A stretch of DNA of 64,000 nucleotides from Azonexus sp. (GTDB lineage Bacteria > Pseudomonadota > Gammaproteobacteria > Burkholderiales > Rhodocyclaceae). The position numbers were made by a program, and so were the translations under genes. The stretch is from positions 1,837-65,836 of the forward strand of contig JAYREA010000009.1 of the NCBI GenBank assembly GCA_041909135.1, written 5' to 3'. Shown here piece after piece: positions 8,865-18,319 of the stretch (within the stretch, counting starts at the first letter, position 1; each line of letters starts with the position of its first letter). Below the pieces are notes generated by a model that did not search any database, was not told where the DNA came from, and worked only from the letters and a program-made list of their open reading frames with translations.

Positions 8865-9608
8865 ATGCAGGAAACAGCACAAAACGCCTTCGGCTTCGCC
8901 CATTTGTGGGCCAGCGGCGACCTGGTCTCCCATACCGTTGCCTACATCCTGGCCGCGATGTCGATTACCAGTTGGTACCTGATTCTTGCCAAGGCCTGGG
9001 ACTGGTATCGCGCCCGCCGCGCCGCCAAGGCGATGGCCGCCTTCTGGGCCGCCAGCAGTGTCAGCGAAGGCATCGAGCAACTGCGCCAGGCAGGCGAAGA
9101 CAGCCCGTATGCCCAACTGGCTACTCAGGCGAACTGCTGCAACCATGATTGCGAAGCGGTCACCGGCCGACTGGCCTCCCGTTTCGACCCGGCCGAGCAA
9201 ATGGAGCGTGCCCTGCGCCAGCAGCTTTCCACCACCCAGGCCCGGATGGAAAACGGCCTGACCCTGCTCGCCACGACCGGTGCAACCTCACCGTTCATCG
9301 GCTTGTTCGGCACCGTCTGGGGCATCTATCACGCCCTGGTCGCCATCGGCATTTCCGGCCAGGCGGCGCTGGAAAAGATTGCCGGTCCGGTCGGCGAAGC
9401 ACTGATCATGACTGCCGCCGGCCTGGCCGTCGCGCTGCCCGCCGTTTTTGCCTACAACGCCTTCGCCCGCGCCAACCGGGTCATCCTGGCCGACCTCGAC
9501 GCCTTCGCCCACGACCTGCACGCCTTCTTTACCGTCGGCAAGCCGTTCGCCGCCAACAGCGCCCAGATCCACCCGATGCGGGCCCGCGCTGCCACGGAGG
9601 CGGCATAA
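8865..9608 (+). CDS. exbB: ExbB (MotA/TolQ/ExbB family)
   Basis: SPFIGLFGTVWGI and GEALIMTAAGLAVA motifs. Confidence 0.93.
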   Translation: MQETAQNAFGFAHLWASGDLVSHTVAYILAAMSITSWYLILAKAWDWYRARRAAKAMAAFWAASSVSEGIEQLRQAGEDSPYAQLATQANCCNHDCEAVTGRLASRFDPAEQMERALRQQLSTTQARMENGLTLLATTGATSPFIGLFGTVWGIYHALVAIGISGQAALEKIAGPVGEALIMTAAGLAVALPAVFAYNAFARANRVILADLDAFAHDLHAFFTVGKPFAANSAQIHPMRARAATEAA

Positions 9609-9609
9609 C

Positions 9610-10035
9610 ATGGCGATGGGCAGCTTCAGTTCGCAAAATCACCAGATGCCGACCGCCGAAATCAACATGACGCCGCTGGTAGACGTGATGTTGGTGCTGC
9701 TGATCATCTTCATGATTACCGCCCCGCTGATGACGCACTCGGTCAAGGTCGATCTGCCGCGCGCCTCGAGCACGCCGACGCCGGAAAAGCCGATGACGCT
9801 GCAAGTCGCGATCAATGCCGACAATGCCGTTTATGTCGGTTCGCAAGCGGTCGACCGCAACAGCCTGGAAGCCAAGTTCAGCGAAGCGGTGGCCCAGGAT
9901 GCCAATGTCGAGATGCACTTGAAAGCCGACCGTGCCACCCGCTATGAAGCGGTTGCCGAAACGATGAGTGCCGCGCGCCGCGCCGGGTTGACCAAGATTG
10001 GTTTCGTCACCCAGCCAGGAAACGACAAGCCTTAA
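9610..10035 (+). CDS. exbD: ExbD
   Basis: EINMTPLVDVMLVLLIIFMITAP; ATG at 9610 directly after the exbB stop. Confidence 0.94.
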   Translation: MAMGSFSSQNHQMPTAEINMTPLVDVMLVLLIIFMITAPLMTHSVKVDLPRASSTPTPEKPMTLQVAINADNAVYVGSQAVDRNSLEAKFSEAVAQDANVEMHLKADRATRYEAVAETMSAARRAGLTKIGFVTQPGNDKP

Positions 10036-10071
10036 ACCCTTCTTTCTTAATCCACTTTTAACCATCCTCAA

Positions 10072-10133
10072 GCCAGCCAGCCCAACGCCAGCCAGCTATT
10101 CCGGATAGCCCACCGCGTTGTGGTCAGCGAGCC
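10072..10133 (+). promoter_or_regulatory. Paired (plus degenerate third) direct repeat, leader of ftrA
   Basis: GCCAGCCAGCC (10072-10082), GCCAGCCAGCT (10087-10097), GTCAGCGAGCC (10123-10133). Confidence 0.7.
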
Positions 10134-10156
10134 AGAGACTTTCAGGAGTCAATGCA

Positions 10157-10702
10157 ATGTTGTCCACCAAAAAACTAATCTCCGCTCTGGCCCTTTCAGC
10201 AGCCCTGGCCGCCCCGGCCCTGGCACTCGAATATCCGATCGGCGTGCCGCAGCAGCGCGCCGGCATGGAAATCGCCGCCGTCTATCTGCAACCGGTTGAA
10301 ATGGAACCGGAAGGCCATATGCGCAAGGCTTCGGAATCCGATATTCACATCGAAGCCGATATCCACGCCCTGGCCAACAATCCAAACGGCTTCGAGGAAG
10401 GCGCCTGGATTCCCTACCTCGTCGTCAAGTTTGAAGTTTCCAAGATCGGTGGCGATTACAAGGTCGCCGGCGATTTCATGCCCATGGTCGCCAACGATGG
10501 CCCGCACTACGGTGACAACATCAAGCTGGCCGGCCCGGGCAAGTACAAGGTGAAGTACACCGTGCTGCCGCCGTCAGCCAACCCGCACGCCCATTTCGGC
10601 CGCCATACCGACCGCGCCACCGGCGTTCGCCCGTGGTTCAAGCCGATTGAAGTCGAATACGAATTCACCTACGTCGGCATCGGCAAAAAAGGCGGTTACT
10701 GA
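10157..10702 (+). CDS. ftrA: Periplasmic iron/copper-binding protein FtrA (P19/Tp34 family)
   Basis: Signal peptide; AAVYLQPVEM, DIHIEADIHA, FMPMVANDGPHYG, GRHTD. Confidence 0.93.
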   Translation: MLSTKKLISALALSAALAAPALALEYPIGVPQQRAGMEIAAVYLQPVEMEPEGHMRKASESDIHIEADIHALANNPNGFEEGAWIPYLVVKFEVSKIGGDYKVAGDFMPMVANDGPHYGDNIKLAGPGKYKVKYTVLPPSANPHAHFGRHTDRATGVRPWFKPIEVEYEFTYVGIGKKGGY

Positions 10703-10704
10703 TC

Positions 10705-12177
10705 ATGCAACTCGCCAAACTGACCGCTGCGCTCGTCGCGGCGGGGTTGGCCATGCCTGTGCTGGCCGCCCCCGACGCCGCGACGCTGCAAAAACTGATC
10801 GAGCGCATGGAAAAGCTCGAAGCGCGCAACACCGAACTGGAAAAGGAAGTGAAGGCGCTCAAGGGCGAGAGTGACAAGGTGGCCCAAGGCCTCGAAAGCC
10901 CGCGCCTGTCCGAAGACGAGCCCGAACTCACCGTTCGCCTGAAAGCCGTCGAAAAAGACGCGCTGAACATGAAAAAGGCTGCCAAGATCGCCGAAGGCCT
11001 CGAAGGCATCAAGGTCGGCGCGTCTCTGGCCACGGTGGTGCAGAAGGCTAGCGGCTTGCCGGAGGGCGTCGATGGCGGCAGCAGCCAACTCAACTATCGG
11101 GCCGACGTCTCGGTTGAACTGCCCCTGAAGCCGGTCGGTGACATTGACCACAAGCTGTTCGCCCATCTGCGCATGGGCCAGGGTCTCGGCCTGAACGCTT
11201 CGTTGTCGCGTCTCGGCCACTTCGCCAGTGCGCCGAACGCCCTCGCCTTCCGCGCCTCCGGCAGCAGCCCCGACGACTCGGTGACCATTCTCGGCCAGGC
11301 CTGGTACCAGGCGGCAATTCCCTTGCCCTTCCTCGGTTTCAAGCCGTACTCGCGGGAAACGCTGGAAATCACCTTCGGCAAGATGGACATCTTCGGCTTC
11401 TTCGACCAGAACGCCGCCGCCGGCGACGAGGCCAAGCAGTTCCTCAATTCCGTGTTCGTCCATAACCCGCTGCTCGATGCAGCCGGCGAGGTCGGCGTCG
11501 ATGCCAACGGCTTCCAGCCCGGTTTCGTGGCTTCCTACCTGAACTACACCAACAAGATGGAGCCGTGGCGCCTGTCCATCGGCGTCTTTGGTGCTGGCGA
11601 GCGCGGTGCCAACTACCAGCGCAGCCTGTCGTCGCCGTTGCTGATGGCCCAGGCCGAAAAGCAGCTCAAACTGTTTGGCGGCCTGACCGGCAATTACCGG
11701 CTCTATGGCTGGAACCGCAGCCAGGGGGTCGATTACGACGATACGCTGGCCAAGCATACCGGCATCGGCGCTTCGATCGATCAGCGCATCGGCGATGGCG
11801 TCAAGGTGTTTGCCCGCTACGGCAAGCTGATCAAGGGCGAACTGCCGTTCAATCAGGCGGCTACGGTCGGTGCCGAGTTCTCGGGCAGCTACTGGAATCG
11901 TGGGGCAGACAGCCTCGGTATTGCCGCCGCCTGGCTGCAATCCGGCAAGGGCTACCGCACCAGCCCGCAGACGACCTGGCTCGACGAGGCGCAAACGCAG
12001 ATGGCCTACGCTTTCACGCCGCAAGGCGCCGAGAAGGTCACGGAAATTTATTACCGTTACCGCCTGTCGCCGCAGTTCGAGTTGTCGCCTGACTTCCAGT
12101 ACGTCACCAATGGCGGCGGCAACAGCGATGCCAAGTCGGTCAAGGTCTTCGCCCTGCGCGCCAACATCGCCTACTAA
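10705..12177 (+). CDS. OprB-like outer-membrane porin with N-terminal coiled coil (FtrP-like)
   Basis: Signal peptide, coiled coil, FDQN..AGDE..QF, EIYYRY, SPDFQY, terminal aromatic residue; located inside the ftr operon. Confidence 0.82.
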   Translation: MQLAKLTAALVAAGLAMPVLAAPDAATLQKLIERMEKLEARNTELEKEVKALKGESDKVAQGLESPRLSEDEPELTVRLKAVEKDALNMKKAAKIAEGLEGIKVGASLATVVQKASGLPEGVDGGSSQLNYRADVSVELPLKPVGDIDHKLFAHLRMGQGLGLNASLSRLGHFASAPNALAFRASGSSPDDSVTILGQAWYQAAIPLPFLGFKPYSRETLEITFGKMDIFGFFDQNAAAGDEAKQFLNSVFVHNPLLDAAGEVGVDANGFQPGFVASYLNYTNKMEPWRLSIGVFGAGERGANYQRSLSSPLLMAQAEKQLKLFGGLTGNYRLYGWNRSQGVDYDDTLAKHTGIGASIDQRIGDGVKVFARYGKLIKGELPFNQAATVGAEFSGSYWNRGADSLGIAAAWLQSGKGYRTSPQTTWLDEAQTQMAYAFTPQGAEKVTEIYYRYRLSPQFELSPDFQYVTNGGGNSDAKSVKVFALRANIAY

Positions 12178-12186
12178 GGAAATTGT

Positions 12187-12519
12187 ATGAAACACGCTCT
12201 CTATTCCGCAGTTTTTGGTCTTTTTTTGGCGTCGACCGCAGCATTGGCCGACGACATGCCGACTTTCAAGTTGTTGATGAAAGAAGGCCGGCTCTACCCG
12301 GAAACGCTGGAGGTGCCGGCCGGTACCCGTTTCCGGCTGGAGGTGAAGAACGAAGGGCCGGGGGCTGCGGAATTCGAGAGCCTGGAATTGAAGAAGGAAC
12401 TGGTGCTCGCCCCCGGCGTCACCCGCAGCCTGGTGTTTTTCCCGATGAAGCCCGGCAGCTACAAGTTTTTTGACGATTTCCACCCCGAAACCGGGCAAGG
12501 CAAGATCGTCGCCAAATAG
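12187..12519 (+). CDS. ftrB: Cupredoxin-domain protein FtrB
   Basis: EFES..L..E and Y.FFDDFH motifs; signal peptide. Confidence 0.9.
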   Translation: MKHALYSAVFGLFLASTAALADDMPTFKLLMKEGRLYPETLEVPAGTRFRLEVKNEGPGAAEFESLELKKELVLAPGVTRSLVFFPMKPGSYKFFDDFHPETGQGKIVAK

Positions 12520-12593
12520 TGGTTGGTTGCTAGTCGCTGGTCACTAGCAACAACTACCCCGCAAATAACGAACAACTATGGCTAACAACTAAA

Positions 12594-13397
12594 ATGGGTA
12601 ACGCATTTTTCGTCGTCTGGCGCGAGAGCCTCGAAGCCTTCCTGATCGCCGGCATCCTCTACGCCTGGCTCAAGGCCAATGACGATAGCGGCAACGGCAA
12701 GCGCGCCCTGTTTCTCGGGCTGGCGAGCGGCGTCGGGCTGGCCCTGCTCCTCGGCTGGGCGCTGCTCAGCGTGCAGGACGGGCTGAGCGGCGACACGCTG
12801 GAAATCTTCCAGACCGCCACACTGTTCGTCGCCGCCGGCCTGATTACCCAGATGGTGTTGTGGATGAAGAAAAATGGCCGGCAGATGAAGGCCATGCTGC
12901 ACGCCGAACTGAGCAGCGCGGCCGAACGCTCCGGCCATCTTGGCGTGGCGGTGGTGGCCGCGCTGGCTGTGGCCCGCGAAGGGGCCGAAACGGTCATCTT
13001 CCTCTACGGCCTGGCCCAGGGCGGCGAAATGCAGGCACTGGCCTTTGGCAGCGTCTTCGGCCTGGCCGCCGCCGGGCTCACCGCCTGGCTGGCGGCACGC
13101 AGCCTGGCCAAACTCAACATTGCCCTGCTGCTCCGCCTGTCGTCCATCCTGCTGCTCGTCCTCGCCTCGGCCCTGCTCCTTTCCGGCATCGACCGGCTGA
13201 TCGGCGCCGGCTGGCTGCCGCCGCTGCTCGACCCGGTCTGGGATACCTCGATGCTGCTCGACGACACCACCAAGGGCGGCAAGATTCTTGCCGATTTCAC
13301 CGGCTACCGCGCCCGCCCGGCCCTCAGCGGTCTGCTCGTCTGGGCTAGTTACTGGGGTTTGGTCATCTTCGCTCAACGGAGAATCGCTCGTGGCTGA
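12594..13397 (+). CDS. ftrC: FTR1-family iron permease FtrC
   Basis: Two RExxE motifs (RESLE, REGAE). Confidence 0.94.
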   Translation: MGNAFFVVWRESLEAFLIAGILYAWLKANDDSGNGKRALFLGLASGVGLALLLGWALLSVQDGLSGDTLEIFQTATLFVAAGLITQMVLWMKKNGRQMKAMLHAELSSAAERSGHLGVAVVAALAVAREGAETVIFLYGLAQGGEMQALAFGSVFGLAAAGLTAWLAARSLAKLNIALLLRLSSILLLVLASALLLSGIDRLIGAGWLPPLLDPVWDTSMLLDDTTKGGKILADFTGYRARPALSGLLVWASYWGLVIFAQRRIARG

Positions 13398-14781
13398 ACA
13401 GGTCATCCAGTTCTACGCCAAGGCCGAGACTGGCCGCGTTGCCCGCATTGGCCTGTTTCTGCGCAAGAATCGCCGCCTGATCATCAGCATCCAGTGGCTG
13501 ATCGTCATCCTCTACGCCGCGATGGTCATCATCCCGGCGTTTTTGCCTTTACCGGCTGAAGACGCACATATCTACGACAACCTGCGCCTGTTCGCCCAAT
13601 TCTGCTTCTGGGGCCTGTGGTGGCCGGGCGTCATGATCGCCACGGTGACCATGGGCCGCGTCTGGTGCGGCCTGTTCTGTCCGGAAGGCGCCGTCTCCGA
13701 ATGGGTCAGCCAGTACGGCCGGGGCAAGGCGCTGCCGCGCTGGCTCAAGTGGACCGGCTGGCCTTTTGTCGCCTTCGTGATGACCACCGTTTACGGTCAG
13801 CTGGTCAGCGTTTACGAATACCCGCAAGCGGCGTTGCTGGTCCTCGGCGGCTCGACCATTGCCGCCGTCGTCATCGGCCTGCTCTACGGCCGCGAAAAGC
13901 GCATCTGGTGCCGCTACCTGTGCCCGGCCTCCGGCGTCTTCGCCGTGCTCGCCAAGATCGCCCCGCTGCATTACAAGGTCGACCGCGCTGCCTGGGACCG
14001 CCACGAAGGCGATTTCGAACCGGTCAACTGCGCCCCGCTGCTCGACGTCCGCCGCATGACCAGCGCCTCCGAATGCCACAGCTGCGGCCGCTGCGCCGGC
14101 CAGCGCGATGCCGTCACCTATGCCGCCCGCTCGCCATTCAGCGAAATCCTCGATTTCAACAACGTGGCCAAAACGCCCGATGCGCTGACGCTGGTCTACG
14201 GCGTCCTCGGCGTCGCCACCGCCGCCTTCCAATGGACGCTCAGCCCCTGGTTGCTCAAGGCCAAGCTGGCCGCCGCCGAATGGCTGGTCGACCACGACCA
14301 CTTCGCCCTGCTCGACAACGATGTGCCCTGGTGGCTGCTCACCCACTACCCGGAAGCCAGCGACCTCTTCACCTGGCTCGACGGCGCGCTGATCCTCGCC
14401 TACCTGCTCGGCGGCGGCTTCCTGCTCGGCAGCCTGCTGCTCATCGGCCCGGCCCTCGCCGCCAAGTTGCTCAAGACCGAACACCTGACCTGGCAACGCT
14501 TCGCCCTCTCCCTGACCCCACTGGCCGCCGCCAGTGTCATCCTCGGCCTCTCGATGCTCACCGTTACTCATCTGAAAGCCGAACACCTGTGGCTCGGCTG
14601 GCTACCGTACTTCCGCATCGGATTGCTGACCGCCGGCTGCCTCGGCAGTCTGTGGCTAGCTTTCCAGCTTGTTTTTCGGTCAACCGGGAACATCGGCCAA
14701 AAATGGATTTCCGGTCTTGTAATGCTGCTCCCGGTCGGGCTAATGGCAACCGTTTGGACGCTGGTTTTCTTTGTCTGGTAA
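13390..14781 (+). CDS. ftrD: Membrane 4Fe-4S polyferredoxin FtrD
   Basis: WCGLFCP, WCRYLCP, CHSCGRC motifs; GTG start overlapping the ftrC stop. Confidence 0.9.
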   Translation: MAEQVIQFYAKAETGRVARIGLFLRKNRRLIISIQWLIVILYAAMVIIPAFLPLPAEDAHIYDNLRLFAQFCFWGLWWPGVMIATVTMGRVWCGLFCPEGAVSEWVSQYGRGKALPRWLKWTGWPFVAFVMTTVYGQLVSVYEYPQAALLVLGGSTIAAVVIGLLYGREKRIWCRYLCPASGVFAVLAKIAPLHYKVDRAAWDRHEGDFEPVNCAPLLDVRRMTSASECHSCGRCAGQRDAVTYAARSPFSEILDFNNVAKTPDALTLVYGVLGVATAAFQWTLSPWLLKAKLAAAEWLVDHDHFALLDNDVPWWLLTHYPEASDLFTWLDGALILAYLLGGGFLLGSLLLIGPALAAKLLKTEHLTWQRFALSLTPLAAASVILGLSMLTVTHLKAEHLWLGWLPYFRIGLLTAGCLGSLWLAFQLVFRSTGNIGQKWISGLVMLLPVGLMATVWTLVFFVW

Positions 14782-14864
14782 TTCACGAACAAGGTAAATT
14801 AGCAAAACTTGCTATAGCTTTTGAATGGCATAATCAGCCGAATACAAAAGCATAGGGGGCGGCC

Positions 14865-16631
14865 TTGGCTGCGCTGATACCGGCAATCGGCACCTGCGTC
14901 TCGCGCATGACGGGCGGCGAACGGCGCCTGGCCTACCGCCTCGAACAAAAGCTCGAAGACGACTGGCTGCTCTGGTACGACGTACCGCTCGGCCCGCGCA
15001 ATGTGCATCCCGACTTCGTTGTCTTCAACCCGCGCCGCGGCGTGCTGGTGCTGGAGGTCAAGGACTGGAAGCTCGACACCATTCAGGAAATCGACCGCCA
15101 GAGCGCCAGCATCCTCACCAGCACCGGCCTCAAGCGCGTCGCCAACCCGCTCGAACAGGCCCGGCAATACGCCCACGAAGTCAGCAATCTGCTGCAACAC
15201 GACCCGCAACTGACCATCAACAGTGGGCGGATGCAGGGCACGCTGCTCTTCCCATGGAGCTACGGCATCGTCCTCGCCAACATCAGCCGCAAGCAATTCG
15301 ACAGCACCAACCTCGGCGACGTCATCGAACCGCACCGCGTCATCTGTCAGGACGAAATGACCGAAAGCGTCGATGCCGAAGCCTTTCAGGAACGGCTGTG
15401 GGGCATGCTCCCCTTTGCCCGTAGCATGCCGCTCTCGCTGCCGCAGATCGACCGCATCCGCTGGCACCTCTTCCCTGAAATCCGCATCGCCGCGCCCGCG
15501 CAAAACGGCCTGTTCGACGATCAGGAACCGGAAATCCCCGACATCGTCCGCGTCATGGACATTCAGCAGGAACAACTCGCCCGCAGCCTCGGCGAAGGCC
15601 ACCGTGTCATCCATGGCGTGGCCGGCAGCGGCAAGACGCTGATTCTCGGCTACCGGGCCGAACACCTGGCCAAAGTCTGCGCCCGGCCTATTCTCGTTCT
15701 CTGCTACAACCGCACCCTCGCCAAACGGCTCACCCGCACCATGGCTAGCAAGGGGCTGGCCGACAAGGTGCACGTCCACACCTTCCACCAATGGTGCCGC
15801 GCCCAGCTCGTCGCCTACAACGCCGACCTGCCGGAAAGCGGCAAAGGCAGCGACATCTACGCCGCCGAACTGGTCGACCGCCTGATCCGCACTGTCGATG
15901 CCAACATCGTTCCGGCCGGCCAGTACGACGCTGTGCTGATCGACGAAGGCCATGACTTTCAGCCCGAATGGCTCAAGCTCGTCGCCCGGATGGTCAACCC
16001 GAGCACCAACTCGCTGCTCGTCCTCTACGACGACGCCCAATCCATCTACGGCCGCGAAAAGCGCGGCAAACTCAGCTTCAAGAGCCTCGGGATCCAGGCC
16101 CAGGGCCGCACCACCATCCTCAAGATCAACTACCGCAACACCCAGGAAGTCCTCGAACTGGCCAGCGGCATCGCCAGCGAACTGCTCAAACCCAGCGCCT
16201 CGGACGAAGACGGCGTACCCCTCGTCGCCCCCATCAGCGCAGGCCGCCACGGCCCCAAACCGCTGCTGATCAAGCTGCCCAGCATTCAGGATGAAGCCGA
16301 CTACATCGCCAAACACCTCAAGGAAGCCCACAAAACCGGCACCCCATGGAGCGACATGGCCGTCATCTACCGCGACTACGGCATCGGCAAACCGGTCCTC
16401 GCCACGCTCAGAAAAGCCAGCATCCCGGTGACCTATCAGGACGACATCACCTTCGCGGAGAAGGAAGACACCGTCAAATTCCTGACCATGCATAGTTGCA
16501 AGGGGCTGGAGTTTCCGCTGGTGGCGATACCGGGGGCAGGACGGGCGGTGGATGAAGGGCGGAAGGATGAAGAGGCGCGGCTGTTGTATGTGGCGATGAC
16601 TCGGGCGACTAGGGAGTTGGTTATTTTCTAA
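14865..16631 (+). CDS. NERD (PD-(D/E)xK) nuclease fused to a UvrD-like SF1 helicase
   Basis: HPDF...EVKDW nuclease motif; GVAGSGKT, DEGHD, QSIY, NYRN, TMHSCKGLEF, LLYVAMTRA helicase motifs. Confidence 0.9.
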   Translation: MAALIPAIGTCVSRMTGGERRLAYRLEQKLEDDWLLWYDVPLGPRNVHPDFVVFNPRRGVLVLEVKDWKLDTIQEIDRQSASILTSTGLKRVANPLEQARQYAHEVSNLLQHDPQLTINSGRMQGTLLFPWSYGIVLANISRKQFDSTNLGDVIEPHRVICQDEMTESVDAEAFQERLWGMLPFARSMPLSLPQIDRIRWHLFPEIRIAAPAQNGLFDDQEPEIPDIVRVMDIQQEQLARSLGEGHRVIHGVAGSGKTLILGYRAEHLAKVCARPILVLCYNRTLAKRLTRTMASKGLADKVHVHTFHQWCRAQLVAYNADLPESGKGSDIYAAELVDRLIRTVDANIVPAGQYDAVLIDEGHDFQPEWLKLVARMVNPSTNSLLVLYDDAQSIYGREKRGKLSFKSLGIQAQGRTTILKINYRNTQEVLELASGIASELLKPSASDEDGVPLVAPISAGRHGPKPLLIKLPSIQDEADYIAKHLKEAHKTGTPWSDMAVIYRDYGIGKPVLATLRKASIPVTYQDDITFAEKEDTVKFLTMHSCKGLEFPLVAIPGAGRAVDEGRKDEEARLLYVAMTRATRELVIF

Positions 16632-16652
16632 AGTAATCGGGGGAAAGAACAA

Positions 16653-17483
16653 ATGGCAACAAATGCGTTTTGCTTGTATAGGGTTCGGTTATTTGAATCT
16701 TCCCAACGTGGATTTTGGGAAGGGCAAGATCGTGCTGAAGTGTTAAGAAAATCCATTTTTTCGAAACCAAGCCTATTTGGAAGAGGAAGAAATGAATGGC
16801 ACATTGGTAACGTGCTTGAAATTTCACAAAGAGCAGTTGCATTTCGAATAGGTCGGGAATCACCCACTCTCAAAGAATCTTTTGATCCGATAAGCCATGA
16901 TTTTAAAAAACTTAACGAGCCTATCGGGCCATCGTCACTTGCTGTATTGGACATTCCTCTTGGGGTACTTGCTATAGCAATGCGCAGCTCACTGGCTGCC
17001 AACCCAGAACTTCTAGGAAAAAGATTTAACGAATTATTAAGAGCATCCGGCCCATTAATTGAATCCTCTTTCAATCTTCATGTTAGTGCGATTTATGACC
17101 CCTCTGACTTCATAGAGAAGTTACGAAGCGCCTCTAAAATAAGAGTATTTTTTGTTAATTTTCGGCAACCCAACCCGACTGATATTAACAAATGGTTCCA
17201 AGAACCATTGCAAAATGCATTGGCTCTTGCAGAAGGCGAAAAAGGAAGCGTTGGATTTGATGGAGAAAATCTAAACCCTGAAACACTGGCATCAATATCA
17301 AAAGCATTTTCAGCAACGGGAGATGAGGTTAAGGCAAAAATGCAATTGCCCGATGAAAACGGTTTCCGGTGGCATAAAAATAAGAGTTCATTGCTTGGCT
17401 TCTCCGCAGAGGACGGCATTTCGCTATCTGCCGTTTATGAAGAGATGATGAGCATATATAGCCAAATGAAAGAAGAGTCATGA
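16653..17483 (+). CDS. AT-rich hypothetical protein (possibly DUF4747-like)
   Basis: 276-aa ORF in a visibly AT-rich block. The I..F...PNP pattern recalls DUF4747, but this is unverified. Confidence 0.75.
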   Translation: MATNAFCLYRVRLFESSQRGFWEGQDRAEVLRKSIFSKPSLFGRGRNEWHIGNVLEISQRAVAFRIGRESPTLKESFDPISHDFKKLNEPIGPSSLAVLDIPLGVLAIAMRSSLAANPELLGKRFNELLRASGPLIESSFNLHVSAIYDPSDFIEKLRSASKIRVFFVNFRQPNPTDINKWFQEPLQNALALAEGEKGSVGFDGENLNPETLASISKAFSATGDEVKAKMQLPDENGFRWHKNKSSLLGFSAEDGISLSAVYEEMMSIYSQMKEES

Positions 17484-18319
17484 AGATTCACTATGAAGTT
17501 AATCGTGTGTCCGGAATTGATAATCTTGTTGATATATTCAGAAAATTTGGATCGAGTTGGATATTCAGAGGTCAAATAGATGCTAACTGGAAAATTGAAT
17601 CCTCCTTAGAGAGATTCCTTAAGCCAATTGGATTTTCTGACTTTGCGAGAAAACTTGAGGATTACTTCATTAGCGAATTTCGAGCCCGTGCCCATCACTA
17701 TATATCCCGGGACATGCTCCCAAGAACCAAACTGGGATGGCTATCACTCATGCAACATCACGGAGTTCCAACAAGACTAATTGATTTCACGGAGTCTCCA
17801 TTTATAGCCCTATTTTTTGCCTTTGACGGACATGATGGTGCCAATAATGATGCGGCTGTCTGGGCATTTGATTTCTCTGCAATAGATAATGATTCGTTTG
17901 ATTACCTAAAGCGCTTCGGACGGCTCAGTGAAGATTACGAATGGGTGAAATCCAACCGTGATGATGCGTTTGATAAATACGTTGATGGCAACTCTCATGA
18001 GTTACTTTGGGTCACTGAGCCAGACTTGCACAATTTAAGACTAGAAAATCAAAAAGGTACTTTTTTATTGAGCGGAAAGCTAGATAAAGCAGTTATGAGT
18101 TACCTTGAAGAATCCAGCAACGGAAAAATAGTCGCTAAAAAACTGGTAATTCCTGGAAATTTTAGATCTGATATATTCAGGCTACTTAACTCAATGGGGA
18201 TAGATAACCGTCGAATATATCCCGGATTAGATGGCTTAGCCAAAGACCTTTCCAGAAAATTTCATTTTGAAATTGCCGAGAAGGTTGTAAAAAATAATAA
18301 ACAACAAACCAAAGAATAA
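17480..18319 (+). CDS. FRG domain-containing protein
   Basis: WIFRGQ, SSLER, MQHHGVPTRLIDFT, ALFFA, RL..QKG.F, IYPGLDG; ATGA overlap with the upstream gene. Confidence 0.92.
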   Translation: MKIHYEVNRVSGIDNLVDIFRKFGSSWIFRGQIDANWKIESSLERFLKPIGFSDFARKLEDYFISEFRARAHHYISRDMLPRTKLGWLSLMQHHGVPTRLIDFTESPFIALFFAFDGHDGANNDAAVWAFDFSAIDNDSFDYLKRFGRLSEDYEWVKSNRDDAFDKYVDGNSHELLWVTEPDLHNLRLENQKGTFLLSGKLDKAVMSYLEESSNGKIVAKKLVIPGNFRSDIFRLLNSMGIDNRRIYPGLDGLAKDLSRKFHFEIAEKVVKNNKQQTKE

